A DNA stretch of 64,000 bases from Patescibacteria group bacterium (GCA_041649135.1 JBAZNQ010000001.1:361983-425982), one strand, 5' to 3'; shown: positions 1 through 10,170, numbered from the stretch's first letter. Numbers and translations are program-made. The notes: generated by a model not told the origin, from the letters alone.

Positions 1-2346
1 TTCACGTATTGTAGAATCCTTATGAACTATTTCCGGCTCACGACCACCCAACAATTGCTTCACTTGTCCGACCACCTCCGGACGCTGTCTAAACAATCGC
101 AACATATCAATCGCTCCCAGTTCTTCCCATCGTTTCCATAATTCAGCATCAAATTCCGTACCAACATTCTGGCGCATCGCTTCCATCGCTTCGGAGTACG
201 TCAGCCCATTCGCTCGATAGGCAGTCTCGGATCGTAATGCAGTATATTTGTAAGCAATCGAAACAATTCTTCCGATATCCGACGGCTTCCCATCGGGTTG
301 AGTCGCTACACCATATCCATCTTCTCCGTTAGCCCACAAATTAGCTTCTAGCGCCCCAATGTCAGCCCCCTTAAAATGTTCTCTCCCATCACCTGTCAAA
401 AATCCATCCAGCACCGCTCGGCCTTTTTTGGGCAGGGTTGTAATCTCTTTATAGTCAGTTACCCCCAATACACCCTGTCGACCAATTATTTCGGCATCCA
501 TTTTTGTTATCCCTAGGTCACAAAACATCGCCGCCAACGCCACTTGTCGTAAAAACTCTACCCGCTCTGCTTCATCCGTGATCCCTTGGTGATCCAACTC
601 TCTTTGGGCCAGCATCAGCGCATAACGAATAATATTTTCGGTTCTGTCTTGCCCGCCGATCGTCTCTGCTTTGCCACCGCAAGCTTCATACCGCGCGTCA
701 ACGCTTTTCAATAGCAAGAACAATGCGTCAACATATAGATCACGCCCTTTGGCAGTATGAGTTTCTAATTCTTGATTTTCACGCCTCAACTCTTCCAGTC
801 TCTCCCCTAAGTTGAGTCTGTCGCTCTCTACCATCAATCGCAGTAAATCCTGTGGGTCAAAAATTTTCCGACCCCGTCCTTGCTGCGGCAAAAGTAATTC
901 TCTTAAATGTTTCTTATTTGCCGCCAATGATGTCTGATTTCGTTCTGCTGAATATTCAAAATCTTGAGCAAATTTTTCATGAATATCCCGTTCTTTCGTC
1001 TCCATATGAAAATATGATTCTGCAGTCAATTTACGACTTTCATACAGATCGACTAGATACGCCACCACGAGCGGGTCGAATTCACTCCCAGCTTGCTGTT
1101 CCAACATCGCCACTACTTTCGCCATCGTCCAACCATTCTTGTACGGCCGGAAATCAAGCAGAGCGTCAACCACATCTGCAGCTTGTAATGCTCTGGCAAT
1201 TGGTGAAATCTCTGCCCCCTTCAGACCCCACGGTTCACGATCGCCACGTTTCTTACCGGCATCAAATTTATGTCCGTGCCCATAACCCTTGCCATCAGGG
1301 TTTTCGTGATGAAATGTCCCCTTGGTGATCCATGGACAATACTTGTCCAAGACCAGTAACAATTCATAGCCGCCACTAGCATGTTTGGTCATCGCCAAGA
1401 ATTCAGCATCGGTCAAAGCCCCGTCTTTATCCAAAATATCTTTTGGCAAGAGGATCTTGCCAACATCATGCAAATAGCCAGCCTGCACCAACCCTTGTAG
1501 ATACTCCGACGAAAATGGCCACATCGTGGTCGCCAACTCATGTGCCAATAACGTCAAACGGGTCGAGTGCCGACCGGTCCAATGGCTAGTGCCGTCGATC
1601 ACTTCCCTAATCGTCTCGACTGTTTTATCAAAAACTCCCGAGAAAACTCGACTCTGTTCCCGCAATTCAACATTTTTTTGGATCCCTTCTACTAGGCTAT
1701 AGATCTGCTCAATTTTTGCTTCTGCTTCCGGCGTCATGGCTACTTCTTGGGACGTCAATTTCCAGCCCACAAAATCCGCTACATATCTAAATTTCTCTTC
1801 TGGCGTAGTCGGTTGTTCTTCAAATACTTTCCCGCTCTCAACTCGAATACGAGTTGCCGTCAACCTCCGTTCATCTTCCGCCTCAATCCCAGCCACCAAC
1901 GAAGCTTCTGCATGCGCATCATCAGCCAAAATCTTTTCGGCGAACTTTCTGATCTGCAAAATCAGCCTGTCCACAGCTTCTCGATCTCCGACCGGAATCT
2001 CCTGCATCTGATGCGTTAGCTCTTCCTGAAGCTCGGGCGACAACCCTCTCAACCCCGCCAACATTAACTCTTGCATCAGTTGTTCCCGCTTTGGGTCAGG
2101 CACATCACCAACTGGCTCTATTTCGTCCAATCTAATCTCCGCCGCTGTCTTCTCCGAAGCATCCACCACAGCTTCCAAAGCGGCTGTATCTCCACCATCA
2201 TCAAGCACAACCGCTGCGTTCAACTCGCCCTCTGATAATTCATCAGCTGGTTTCTCAACATCTGGCACACCACCACCTCCCCGACCATGTTTGGGTGGTT
2301 CGGGTGGTATTTCCCCCTTACCTGATTTTCTCTGTTTAATCCCCAT
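1..2346 (-). CDS. HD-GYP-type metal-dependent phosphohydrolase, partial (3' end runs off the window)
   Basis: Minus-strand ORF with ATG at 2346 and no stop before position 1. Translation contains HDVGK and HHENPDGKGYGHG (HD...HHExxDGxGY) motifs typical of HD-GYP c-di-GMP phosphodiesterases. Confidence 0.6.
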   Translation of the reverse strand, partial: MGIKQRKSGKGEIPPEPPKHGRGGGGVPDVEKPADELSEGELNAAVVLDDGGDTAALEAVVDASEKTAAEIRLDEIEPVGDVPDPKREQLMQELMLAGLRGLSPELQEELTHQMQEIPVGDREAVDRLILQIRKFAEKILADDAHAEASLVAGIEAEDERRLTATRIRVESGKVFEEQPTTPEEKFRYVADFVGWKLTSQEVAMTPEAEAKIEQIYSLVEGIQKNVELREQSRVFSGVFDKTVETIREVIDGTSHWTGRHSTRLTLLAHELATTMWPFSSEYLQGLVQAGYLHDVGKILLPKDILDKDGALTDAEFLAMTKHASGGYELLLVLDKYCPWITKGTFHHENPDGKGYGHGHKFDAGKKRGDREPWGLKGAEISPIARALQAADVVDALLDFRPYKNGWTMAKVVAMLEQQAGSEFDPLVVAYLVDLYESRKLTAESYFHMETKERDIHEKFAQDFEYSAERNQTSLAANKKHLRELLLPQQGRGRKIFDPQDLLRLMVESDRLNLGERLEELRRENQELETHTAKGRDLYVDALFLLLKSVDARYEACGGKAETIGGQDRTENIIRYALMLAQRELDHQGITDEAERVEFLRQVALAAMFCDLGITKMDAEIIGRQGVLGVTDYKEITTLPKKGRAVLDGFLTGDGREHFKGADIGALEANLWANGEDGYGVATQPDGKPSDIGRIVSIAYKYTALRSETAYRANGLTYSEAMEAMRQNVGTEFDAELWKRWEELGAIDMLRLFRQRPEVVGQVKQLLGGREPEIVHKDSTIRE

Positions 2347-2498
2347 AACTTTTGATTATCCCTGATCTGTTGAAATCCCCCCAATCCCCTCTCTCATCAT
2401 TCCTTATAGCCTCCATTTTGTCTCTAATCTCTAATCTCTAACCCCAAAAACCCGCTTCCAGAGCGGCTAAATCATACCACAAACCTGAAATTTGTCAA

Positions 2499-2530
2499 AT
2501 GAAGAGCCCCGAGTTGCCTCGGGGCTCTTT
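2499..2530. terminator. GC-rich hairpin (gagccccgag/ctcggggctc) followed by a T-run
   Basis: Perfect 10-bp inverted repeat plus TTTTT, lying between a gene start and a gene end. Confidence 0.5.
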
Positions 2531-2560
2531 TTCTCTGATTAGACCAGCAGTTTTTTCTGC

Positions 2561-3451
2561 CTACTCTGCCGGATCATACTGCTCATGCCCCGAACCTTGC
2601 AGCGGATCGTGCGACAATAGCAGACTGTTCAGCCGCCCTAAGTCGAATATTTGCCCGGGCTGCACAAAGCCAGGGAACCCGTGCTGTTCCACCCTCCCAA
2701 CATACTGCCCGAAGTTGGAGTTGTAATGAACTAGCCACATCTTGGCTCGGATCGGATCAGGCAAGCCCTCAAGCTGATCAAGACGGGCATGCACTCCGCT
2801 CGCCTCTGTCTCGCCGTACGTCTCACAGTCATGAATAATGACGTCAGCCCACTCATATCTGGACATCATCAAGTCCGGAGTGAACCGAGTGTCGCCACTA
2901 TACATGAACCTGACATACCGTTCTCCATCGGGCACGCCCAGGGTTGCCACCAACTGCAAACCATACGACGGTTGCCAACTGGTGCCATTCATAAAGTGCC
3001 GAGTAGGAAACAGCATCATATCAAGATTTGGGCCCAACCGCACCCACTCCTCCAACCGAACCTCGATCGGTTCGAAGAAGGTTTCCAGACTAGCCTCCTG
3101 TCCTTCCAGTGTCTGCAGCCCAGGAGCTAGTGCCATCCACAGTAGCTCCCTGAAATTCCCCGCCGGCAGATACAATTTCAGCCGGGGTTTCAAGCTAAAG
3201 TAGTTCAACAACGCCAAGCCGGCCAAGCCGCCGACATGGTCTGGATGCAAGTGAGTGATCACTATCCAAGTGATCTCTCTCCGCCTACCTTTTAGCCGGT
3301 TGATGATGTCCATCCCGCCACCGCAGTCAACCAATAGACGACCAAGCGTGCCATCAAGCTCCGGCCAGCTGACCAGCAGACAGGTCTGCCCAAGTCCTGG
3401 AGGCGCCAGCATACTGCCGGTGCCAATAAACTCTACTCTCGGGGCGTCCAT
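2561..3451 (-). CDS. Metallo-beta-lactamase-fold hydrolase
   Basis: THLHPDHVGG (HxHxDH) motif. Confidence 0.7.
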   Translation of the reverse strand: MDAPRVEFIGTGSMLAPPGLGQTCLLVSWPELDGTLGRLLVDCGGGMDIINRLKGRRREITWIVITHLHPDHVGGLAGLALLNYFSLKPRLKLYLPAGNFRELLWMALAPGLQTLEGQEASLETFFEPIEVRLEEWVRLGPNLDMMLFPTRHFMNGTSWQPSYGLQLVATLGVPDGERYVRFMYSGDTRFTPDLMMSRYEWADVIIHDCETYGETEASGVHARLDQLEGLPDPIRAKMWLVHYNSNFGQYVGRVEQHGFPGFVQPGQIFDLGRLNSLLLSHDPLQGSGHEQYDPAE

Positions 3452-3639
3452 AACACACCTCCTTTAGATGTTGGATGTGCAACTGCCCCGAGGGGGCAGA
3501 AGGGGTTCTGGATAACCCAGAACTAATCAGAGTCAAAGTGCATAAGTAAACCCGAGCCAGCGTACTCTAGCCCAATTCTCCTGTCAACCCCGTAGAGAAT
3601 TTCGAAATATCCCGACCTAAAACAAATTTTGATATTTCT

Positions 3640-3722
3640 CATCTCTGTCATTGCGATGGCTCAAGCCCGCGGCAATCTTGGGTAGAGATTGCTTCGTCGA
3701 TGACGCTCCTCGCAATGACAGG
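3640..3722. repeat. MITE-like hairpin unit (gtcattgcga...cctcgcaatgac)
   Basis: Inverted repeat with GTCAT/ATGAC ends. Same family as 61615-61700 and 43790-43860. Confidence 0.5.
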
Positions 3723-3725
3723 TAG

Positions 3726-3838
3726 CTAACTAACCATCTCTCATCTCTCATCTCTCATCTCTCATCTCTCATCTCTCATCTCTCATCTCTCATCTCTCAT
3801 CTCTCATCTCTCATCTCTCATCTCTCATCTCTCATCTC
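3726..3838. repeat. Heptanucleotide tandem array (CTCTCAT)x~16
   Basis: Perfect 7-bp tandem repeat read directly from the sequence. It abuts the stop codon of the minus-strand ABC transporter gene. Confidence 0.95.
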
Positions 3839-5625
3839 TATTCCTCCAACATCGCCCCCTGCAAAGTGAACAATCGGCGATAATAGCCACTTTTCTTCAT
3901 CAGTTCTTCGTGAGTTCCCTGCTCGGTGATTTTTCCACCCTCTAACACAATTACCCGATTAGCTCTTTTTACCGTCGACAACCGATGAGCAATAATGATT
4001 GTCGTTTTGCCCTCGATCAATTTCCAGAGTGCTCCTTGGATCATTACCTCATTTTCTGAATCTAATGCACTAGTTGCTTCATCTAAAATCAAAATCGGAG
4101 CATCTTTCAACAACGCTCTCGCGATCGCTAATCGTTGTTTTTCTCCCCCCGATAATCTTACTCCGCGTTCACCGATCTTGGTCTTAAATTTATTTGGTAA
4201 CGACATCACAAACTTATATAAATTGGCTGCCTTGGTCGCATCAATAATGCTAGCCAAACTCGCCCGAGGACTACCGTATTTCAAGTTATATTGCAAAGTA
4301 TTATTTAACGCCGCCACTTCCTGCATCACCGTCCCGATATTCTGTCGCAATGAATTCTGTGTTACCCGACTGATGTCCTGACCATCAATTAGTACCCTGC
4401 CTTTGTCCGGATCATATAGTCGCAGCAGTAGCTTTGTTAGTGTTGATTTACCTACTCCCGATGGCCCGACGATCGCCACCACTTCGTGAGGAGTAATGGC
4501 CAAATTAAAGTTTTTGAATACCACTCGCTCACCCTTTTGCCGCTTGCTACTACGATACGTAAAATGAACTTTTTCGAACTTAATTGCCCCATCCTTAACT
4601 TTTAACGGTTTAGCATCCGTAGCATCATCTACTGTCGGTTTGATATCCCAAATTCTAAATAATCTCCCAATTGACACAAACCCTACCTGCAATTGATCGT
4701 AGATTTGGGTTAGCCAGCCTAACGGCCCAAACACTCGATCTAGATAGGACATAAATAGAATCAAATCACCAACCGACAGTTTCCTTTGCAACACCAAATA
4801 GCCACCATAGCCATACACCCATAGATGCGCCGACGTTGTCACCATATCTCTCACAATCCCAATCCCCCGAACTACCCGCTCCTGTCGTTTCCGAATTTCC
4901 AAACCACGGTCATATACCGAGCCCATCCTTTTAGCCTCATAATCCTGTCGACTAAATTCTTTTATCAACTGATAGTGGAACAAATTCTCCATAAAAATCT
5001 TTCCGCTCCGCTCCATCGTATTCCGATATCTTTTCTCCCAAAAACGTTTTATCTTAGCTCGCCAAATCGACAGTCCAATATAAATCGGTGCAGCGATCAT
5101 TAACCCCAACGACATTTTAAAATCGAACTTCATCAGCACAACCAACGCAACCACAAACGTAAATATGATTGGCAATATTTCAACTATCAAGTTGCGAGTA
5201 ATTCCAAACATTTCGTTTACCCCAGCACTAATCCGCTCCCGTAGTGCCCCCGGCGATGTTTTATCAAAAAAAGACACCGATAATGTTTGAAGCTTCTCAA
5301 ATGATTTTAGAGAAAAAAAATAAAAAGACTGTGAGCCAGCTATTGTCTGCATATAAGACTCTAGCGCGCTCATTAACTCATTCACAAACCACACCACCGC
5401 GAACATTCCCACTAACCACATCAACACCGCCACCGGTTCAGTCGGCTGAATTATCCGGTCAAACACCGCACTCAATTTCTGGGTAGTTAAGAAATTAACT
5501 ACCTCTCGATAAATCCACGGAGCCACCAACGACAACCCAGCCCCCGCCAATGCTAGCGCCGTGATTAACAACAAAGCCGGATACATCGGCTTCATTTCTA
5601 TTAATAATCGTTTAAGTCCCTTCAC
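3838..5625 (-). CDS. ABC exporter, fused permease and ATPase (MsbA/ABCB-like)
   Basis: N-terminal TM domain; Walker A GPSGVGKST; ABC signature LSGGEKQRLAIARA; Walker B ILILDEAT. Confidence 0.85.
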   Translation of the reverse strand: MKGLKRLLIEMKPMYPALLLITALALAGAGLSLVAPWIYREVVNFLTTQKLSAVFDRIIQPTEPVAVLMWLVGMFAVVWFVNELMSALESYMQTIAGSQSFYFFSLKSFEKLQTLSVSFFDKTSPGALRERISAGVNEMFGITRNLIVEILPIIFTFVVALVVLMKFDFKMSLGLMIAAPIYIGLSIWRAKIKRFWEKRYRNTMERSGKIFMENLFHYQLIKEFSRQDYEAKRMGSVYDRGLEIRKRQERVVRGIGIVRDMVTTSAHLWVYGYGGYLVLQRKLSVGDLILFMSYLDRVFGPLGWLTQIYDQLQVGFVSIGRLFRIWDIKPTVDDATDAKPLKVKDGAIKFEKVHFTYRSSKRQKGERVVFKNFNLAITPHEVVAIVGPSGVGKSTLTKLLLRLYDPDKGRVLIDGQDISRVTQNSLRQNIGTVMQEVAALNNTLQYNLKYGSPRASLASIIDATKAANLYKFVMSLPNKFKTKIGERGVRLSGGEKQRLAIARALLKDAPILILDEATSALDSENEVMIQGALWKLIEGKTTIIIAHRLSTVKRANRVIVLEGGKITEQGTHEELMKKSGYYRRLFTLQGAMLEE

Positions 5626-5836
5626 GCTTAAATTCTACCTTCTTACACTCCCTGCGCAATTCTAGTTTTTATTTGCAGTTATGTTACGATTTAGATACTG
5701 GCGTCGTGGGGAACGCCGGTTTTTAAAATACAAAAGCGGGCGATTTGGCTTTTCAGCCTCCTCTCACCCGCTTTATCGAATAAATTCTTGCACCAGACTA
5801 AACAACCGTTCAGTCCAGTGCAGAAAAAGTACAACA

Positions 5837-6412
5837 TTACCGACACTCCACCAACCAAACTTGGTTAGGCCAAACCGAGATCATGCCCTCCAATGATAAC
5901 GCTGCATCAGTATCGTATGCGATCAGGTAGCGACCCGAAGGCCAATCCGAGGCCACAAACCACGCAACTTCCTTGTCGTCCACCTTGATATCACCCGAGT
6001 ATCGCAATGCTTCGGTGGACCAGCCGGATTCTGTATTATCAATCGCTCTCACTCGTAGTGCCCGTTTGCCAAACACTTGTGCCAGTTGACCGGCTGGGTA
6101 AAAATAAAACTCAAACGAGCCGGTGGCACTATAGGCTTCGGCACCATACTTCCGCCATGTAGCATCCGTGGTGGCTGATATATCGAGGTACATCTCGCTC
6201 TTGCCTTCGAACACCTTAGATATAGCCACTACTGGCAACGGACTTCCCCAGTCTTGATCGATGTACGCCCCGATCTTGTCAGGACCGCTAAGAGATGAGA
6301 CTGGCTGATTATCTGCTGTCACCACCAAGGCCGGCTTGTGGATATTCATCCACCAATAAGCTCCAAGGAGGATGATCAGCAACACCACGAAAACCAAGAA
6401 TTTCTTGGCCAC
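5837..6412 (-). CDS. Hypothetical membrane-anchored protein
   Basis: N-terminal hydrophobic helix; no recognisable motif. Confidence 0.4.
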   Translation of the reverse strand: MAKKFLVFVVLLIILLGAYWWMNIHKPALVVTADNQPVSSLSGPDKIGAYIDQDWGSPLPVVAISKVFEGKSEMYLDISATTDATWRKYGAEAYSATGSFEFYFYPAGQLAQVFGKRALRVRAIDNTESGWSTEALRYSGDIKVDDKEVAWFVASDWPSGRYLIAYDTDAALSLEGMISVWPNQVWLVECR

Positions 6413-6546
6413 CGCACACCTCCATCAAGACTACAAGATGCCTCCACCTTATCAGAACTCTTCCATCAGTCAACCCCATCCTCATTCATGTCGTTGCGGA
6501 AGTTCCGAGACACCGAGGGACGACCAAACAGTTTCCTAAACCGTGA

Positions 6547-6645
6547 TTCACCATTCACCATTCACCATTCACTATTCACTATTCACTATTCACTATTCAC
6601 TATTCACTATTCACTATTCACTATTCACTATTCACTATTCACTAT
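6547..6645. repeat. Heptanucleotide tandem array (CACCATT)3(CACTATT)~11
   Basis: Read directly from the sequence. It abuts and overlaps the stop codon of minus-strand tgt. Confidence 0.95.
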
Positions 6646-7718
6646 CTCATGTACTCTCCAATGTATTCCCCCAGCCGCCCTTGGATGATCGCTTCACGCG
6701 CACCTCTGACTAATTCGTAATTATGATGCCAGTTGTGCACCATCAGCCCGCGAATCGCTTCGCGGTCTTTGGCTTTAAACTTTCGACGCAATTCCGCTCG
6801 GGAAATCCCTGACCGACAGGTCGGACACTGACAGCTCTCATCCAACACCCGCTCATCATTCTCAAATTGAGCGTTTTTGATGTCGTAATGTTTGCCGCCA
6901 CGCATCCACACCCGTCCGTGCCGACCTTCCCGCGTTGCCGCAATTCCATCAAAAGTATCCATGCCTTCACGAATTGTCATTAAGACATCAATCGGCTTAC
7001 AAATCCCCAACATATGTCTTGGTTTATTTTCCGGTAGTCGTCTGATGCAAAACTTCACCATCTTCACCATCGCCCTTCTTGGTTCATCCCATGCCAACCC
7101 GCCAATCGCTACTGCTGGAATTCCATTGCGCAATTGTCGAGTGGCGTCCCACAGACTAATCGTTCTTGCCAATTTATTTAATCCGCCCTGTACAATGTAA
7201 TACAATTTATCATCCACAATTCCGCGGGATTGTTTGTGCCAGACCATTGTCATAATCGCCGACCAAATAAATTGAAACGGATTTTTTGCCATCGTATAAA
7301 CTGTATTGTCAAGCGGCATTATCAAATCTACTCCCGCTTTATTTGCCCATTTCACCACTTCTCGAGGGGTAATGAAAGTTTTCTTACCGTTTAAATCAAA
7401 TCCAATCCCTGCAAAACTCTGCCGTAAATGTTTCCCTAGGCTTACCATCTGAAACCCACCCGAATCAGACATTACCGGACCTTGCCATTCAATTCCATCT
7501 CGCACATCACTTTTCCCTGCTTCTCGCATCCAAAATGTATTTCGAAGCAAAATCACATCTTTGGTCGAAGTGATCTCTTCGGGCTTAAATCCCCACTTCT
7601 CAAGAGCTGTTGTGAAATTCAAAGTCACACACGGTGTCTCAATCTCTCCATGCTCTGTCCGCAAAACCCCAGCCCTCGCCTGACCATCTTTGGCCGTTAT
7701 GTCAAATGACAATCCCAC
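6642..7718 (-). CDS. tgt: Queuine tRNA-ribosyltransferase
   Basis: DSGGFQ motif and C-terminal Zn site CQCPTC...H. Confidence 0.85.
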   Translation of the reverse strand: MGLSFDITAKDGQARAGVLRTEHGEIETPCVTLNFTTALEKWGFKPEEITSTKDVILLRNTFWMREAGKSDVRDGIEWQGPVMSDSGGFQMVSLGKHLRQSFAGIGFDLNGKKTFITPREVVKWANKAGVDLIMPLDNTVYTMAKNPFQFIWSAIMTMVWHKQSRGIVDDKLYYIVQGGLNKLARTISLWDATRQLRNGIPAVAIGGLAWDEPRRAMVKMVKFCIRRLPENKPRHMLGICKPIDVLMTIREGMDTFDGIAATREGRHGRVWMRGGKHYDIKNAQFENDERVLDESCQCPTCRSGISRAELRRKFKAKDREAIRGLMVHNWHHNYELVRGAREAIIQGRLGEYIGEYMR

Positions 7719-7792
7719 TTCGCTTCACCTCCTCTTAATCAAATTAGAACAAGGGCAGACTACCAAAAAATCCCCTCCCTGCCTACCCCCAA

Positions 7793-7832
7793 CTGTATTA
7801 CCTATTTGTACGATCGTACAAATAGGTAATAC
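7793..7832. promoter_or_regulatory. 38-bp perfect palindrome (gtattacctatttgtacgatcgtacaaataggtaatac), upstream of tgt
   Basis: Perfect dyad symmetry centred on CGATCG. A near-identical second copy lies at 50248-50288. Confidence 0.6.
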
Positions 7833-7844
7833 ACATCCCAAAAA

Positions 7845-7872
7845 GAAAACCGCCCTTTCAGGCGGCCTTCTT
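7845..7872 (-). terminator. Intrinsic terminator after rplL (ggccgcctgaaagggcggtttt + T-run on the minus strand)
   Basis: Hairpin followed by a T-rich tract on the minus strand. Confidence 0.6.
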
Positions 7873-7901
7873 GATATTACTTAATCACTAGATACTGAAT
7901 A

Positions 7902-8423
7902 CTATTGAAGTTCAACCTTTGCCCCGGCTTCTTCAAGTTTCTTCTTGATCTCTTCAGCATCAGCCTTCTTCACGTTTTCTTTCACCATCTTTGGAGCTGC
8001 TTCCACCAAATCTTTGGCTTCCTTCAATCCAAGTTCTGTGACTTCGCGAACAGCCTTAATCACGTTAATCTTGTTAGCACCGGCACTAACTAAGTTAACA
8101 TTATATTCCGTCTTTTCTTCAGCTGCAGGACCAGCGGCGGCACCACCAGCGGCGGCAACGGCAACTGGAGCAGCAGAAACACCAAACTTGTCTTCCAACA
8201 CTTTGACCAGTTCAGCCAATTCGAGCACGGTCATTTCGCTGACCATATCCAAAACTTTCTTGGCGTTACCGGACAACTTGCTCGCATCGACCTTCTTTTC
8301 CTCTTTGGCTGGTTCAGCCTTCACTTCTTCCACTTTTGGCTCCTCTACAGCAGCCGCCTCAACGGTCGCTTCCGCAACTTCTGGGGTCTGCTCTTCTGGA
8401 GTCGTATTTTGTTCGTCTGCCAT
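7902..8423 (-). CDS. rplL: Ribosomal protein L7/L12 with ~45-aa acidic N-terminal extension
   Basis: C-terminal domain ...[24 protein letters not shown]... matches L7/L12. Strong RBS (aaggag) before the ATG at 8423 supports the extended start. Confidence 0.85.
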   Translation of the reverse strand: MADEQNTTPEEQTPEVAEATVEAAAVEEPKVEEVKAEPAKEEKKVDASKLSGNAKKVLDMVSEMTVLELAELVKVLEDKFGVSAAPVAVAAAGGAAAGPAAEEKTEYNVNLVSAGANKINVIKAVREVTELGLKEAKDLVEAAPKMVKENVKKADAEEIKKKLEEAGAKVELQ

Positions 8424-8478
8424 ATATTCTCCTTAATTATTATTTACTAATTTCTATTACACTTCACTCACTCTTCAA

Positions 8479-9003
8479 CTATTTACTCGCTACCGCCTTT
8501 ATCACGTTATAAAACGACTGTAAATTGTAATTTATTCCGTACACGAAGTTTGCAATTGGTGCGTTCATACTTCCCACAACTCTGCCCATCAACTCTTCGT
8601 AAGATGGCAACATGGCCAATTGCATGATCATATTGGCTGGCACAATTTTCCCATCAATAATTCCTAAAGCAATGTGTACTCTGTCATCACTTTTTTTGGC
8701 AAACTCATACGCTAATTTTGAAACACTCACTTCATCAGCGTTACCCCAAACCAATCCGTAACTTTTACCAGTTTTATTTAAACTCAAGTCACCGTCGATG
8801 TCCGCCTGTTTGGCCGCGATCTGCACCAAAGTTGGCTTAACCACGGTATATTTCAAACCCTTAGCTCGCGCGGCTTTGCGAAAACTATCCAAATCCACCA
8901 TCGTGAGCTTATTGAAGTCAGTCACTACACTATTAGTGCTTTGCTTCAAAGCCTGTGTCAGCTCTTCAATAACTCCCGCTTTTTGTACCTTTGTCTTTGG
9001 CAT
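8479..9003 (-). CDS. rplJ: Ribosomal protein L10
   Basis: L10-like sequence immediately upstream of rplL. Confidence 0.8.
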   Translation of the reverse strand: MPKTKVQKAGVIEELTQALKQSTNSVVTDFNKLTMVDLDSFRKAARAKGLKYTVVKPTLVQIAAKQADIDGDLSLNKTGKSYGLVWGNADEVSVSKLAYEFAKKSDDRVHIALGIIDGKIVPANMIMQLAMLPSYEELMGRVVGSMNAPIANFVYGINYNLQSFYNVIKAVASK

Positions 9004-9351
9004 AAAAATTGATTTATAGTTTTATGGATTAATGGATAAATAGTCTATTGGTCTATAAGTCTACGTGTCTATTCGTCTACTCACAAAAACTCGTCTCCTT
9101 GTAGAGACGAATAATCTTCCCTCTAGATGCTAAATACTAGCCCCTAGATACTGATTACTCCTTTTCGGCAGGTCTTACCTCCTTGCCACTAGATGCTAGA
9201 TACTAGCCCCTAGCCGCTAATTCGTGCCCGCTGTCTCTAAAGGACAGGGGTATCTTACAAAACTCTATTCGAACCGTCAAGCCCTTTCGTATAATAGCCA
9301 CAGGGGGCAAATTTAATCGTCCCTTAACATTCCTGTACTGGGAGGCACGCA

Positions 9352-10155
9352 ATGATCAGAATCGCCAAGCCCGAGGTATTTTTAGTCGGTCAAACCGTCA
9401 TCAATGTCCCAGGCCTTACTGCCTATCTAGCCAAGACTGGCAATCTTGAGTTTCTCGAAACCATCGCCGAAGCCAGAGCCGAAGGGCTAGGAGATATGGA
9501 GGTTCTTTCCAGTTTCTTCGCCAAGCTCTGTTACCGATCGTTAACCTCCGGTAAGAACGACAACGTCAGCAAGATGCGGTCTATCAGAGACAACATCATC
9601 GGTACCATCGAATCTGGTCACGGCTCTGTCTTCGAACATGCCGTACTCAACTTTGTGCTTAGCGATGTCTCGCGAGTACTAACACACGAGCTCGTTCGTC
9701 ATCGAGTTAGTGTTGCCTACTCGCAAGAATCTGGCCGTTACTGCCGATTGAGTCCAACCAACACCGGCATCTACATACCGCCAGAGATTGCTGGCAACCC
9801 CGAAGCAGAAGTTCTTTTCGTGAATGCTGCCGAGCAAGCACTAGTCACCGTTGCGCAACTCTATGATGCCTTTGGCATTGATGAGTTCAATTTCCATACC
9901 AAGAAACAACTGACTTCAGCAATTCGGCGCATTGCTCCGACCGGCATTGCTAACGAGATTGGATTCTCCGTCAACCTGCGCGCCGTGCGACACATCATTA
10001 CGATGCGCACCAATCGCGGAGCCGAACGGGAAATCCGACTTGTTTTCGGTCAACTGGCCAACATCGTGAAAGACATCTGTCCGCTCCTCTTCCACGGTGG
10101 CGAGTGCGTTGATGTCGACGGACTGCCAGAGTGGACATTCCCCAAGCACCTTTAG
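9352..10155 (+). CDS. thyX: FAD-dependent thymidylate synthase ThyX
   Basis: ThyX signature RHRx7S (LVRHRVSVAYSQESGRY). RBS ggagg before the ATG. Confidence 0.8.
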   Translation: MIRIAKPEVFLVGQTVINVPGLTAYLAKTGNLEFLETIAEARAEGLGDMEVLSSFFAKLCYRSLTSGKNDNVSKMRSIRDNIIGTIESGHGSVFEHAVLNFVLSDVSRVLTHELVRHRVSVAYSQESGRYCRLSPTNTGIYIPPEIAGNPEAEVLFVNAAEQALVTVAQLYDAFGIDEFNFHTKKQLTSAIRRIAPTGIANEIGFSVNLRAVRHIITMRTNRGAEREIRLVFGQLANIVKDICPLLFHGGECVDVDGLPEWTFPKHL

Positions 10156-10170
10156 CCGTCAAACATCAAA

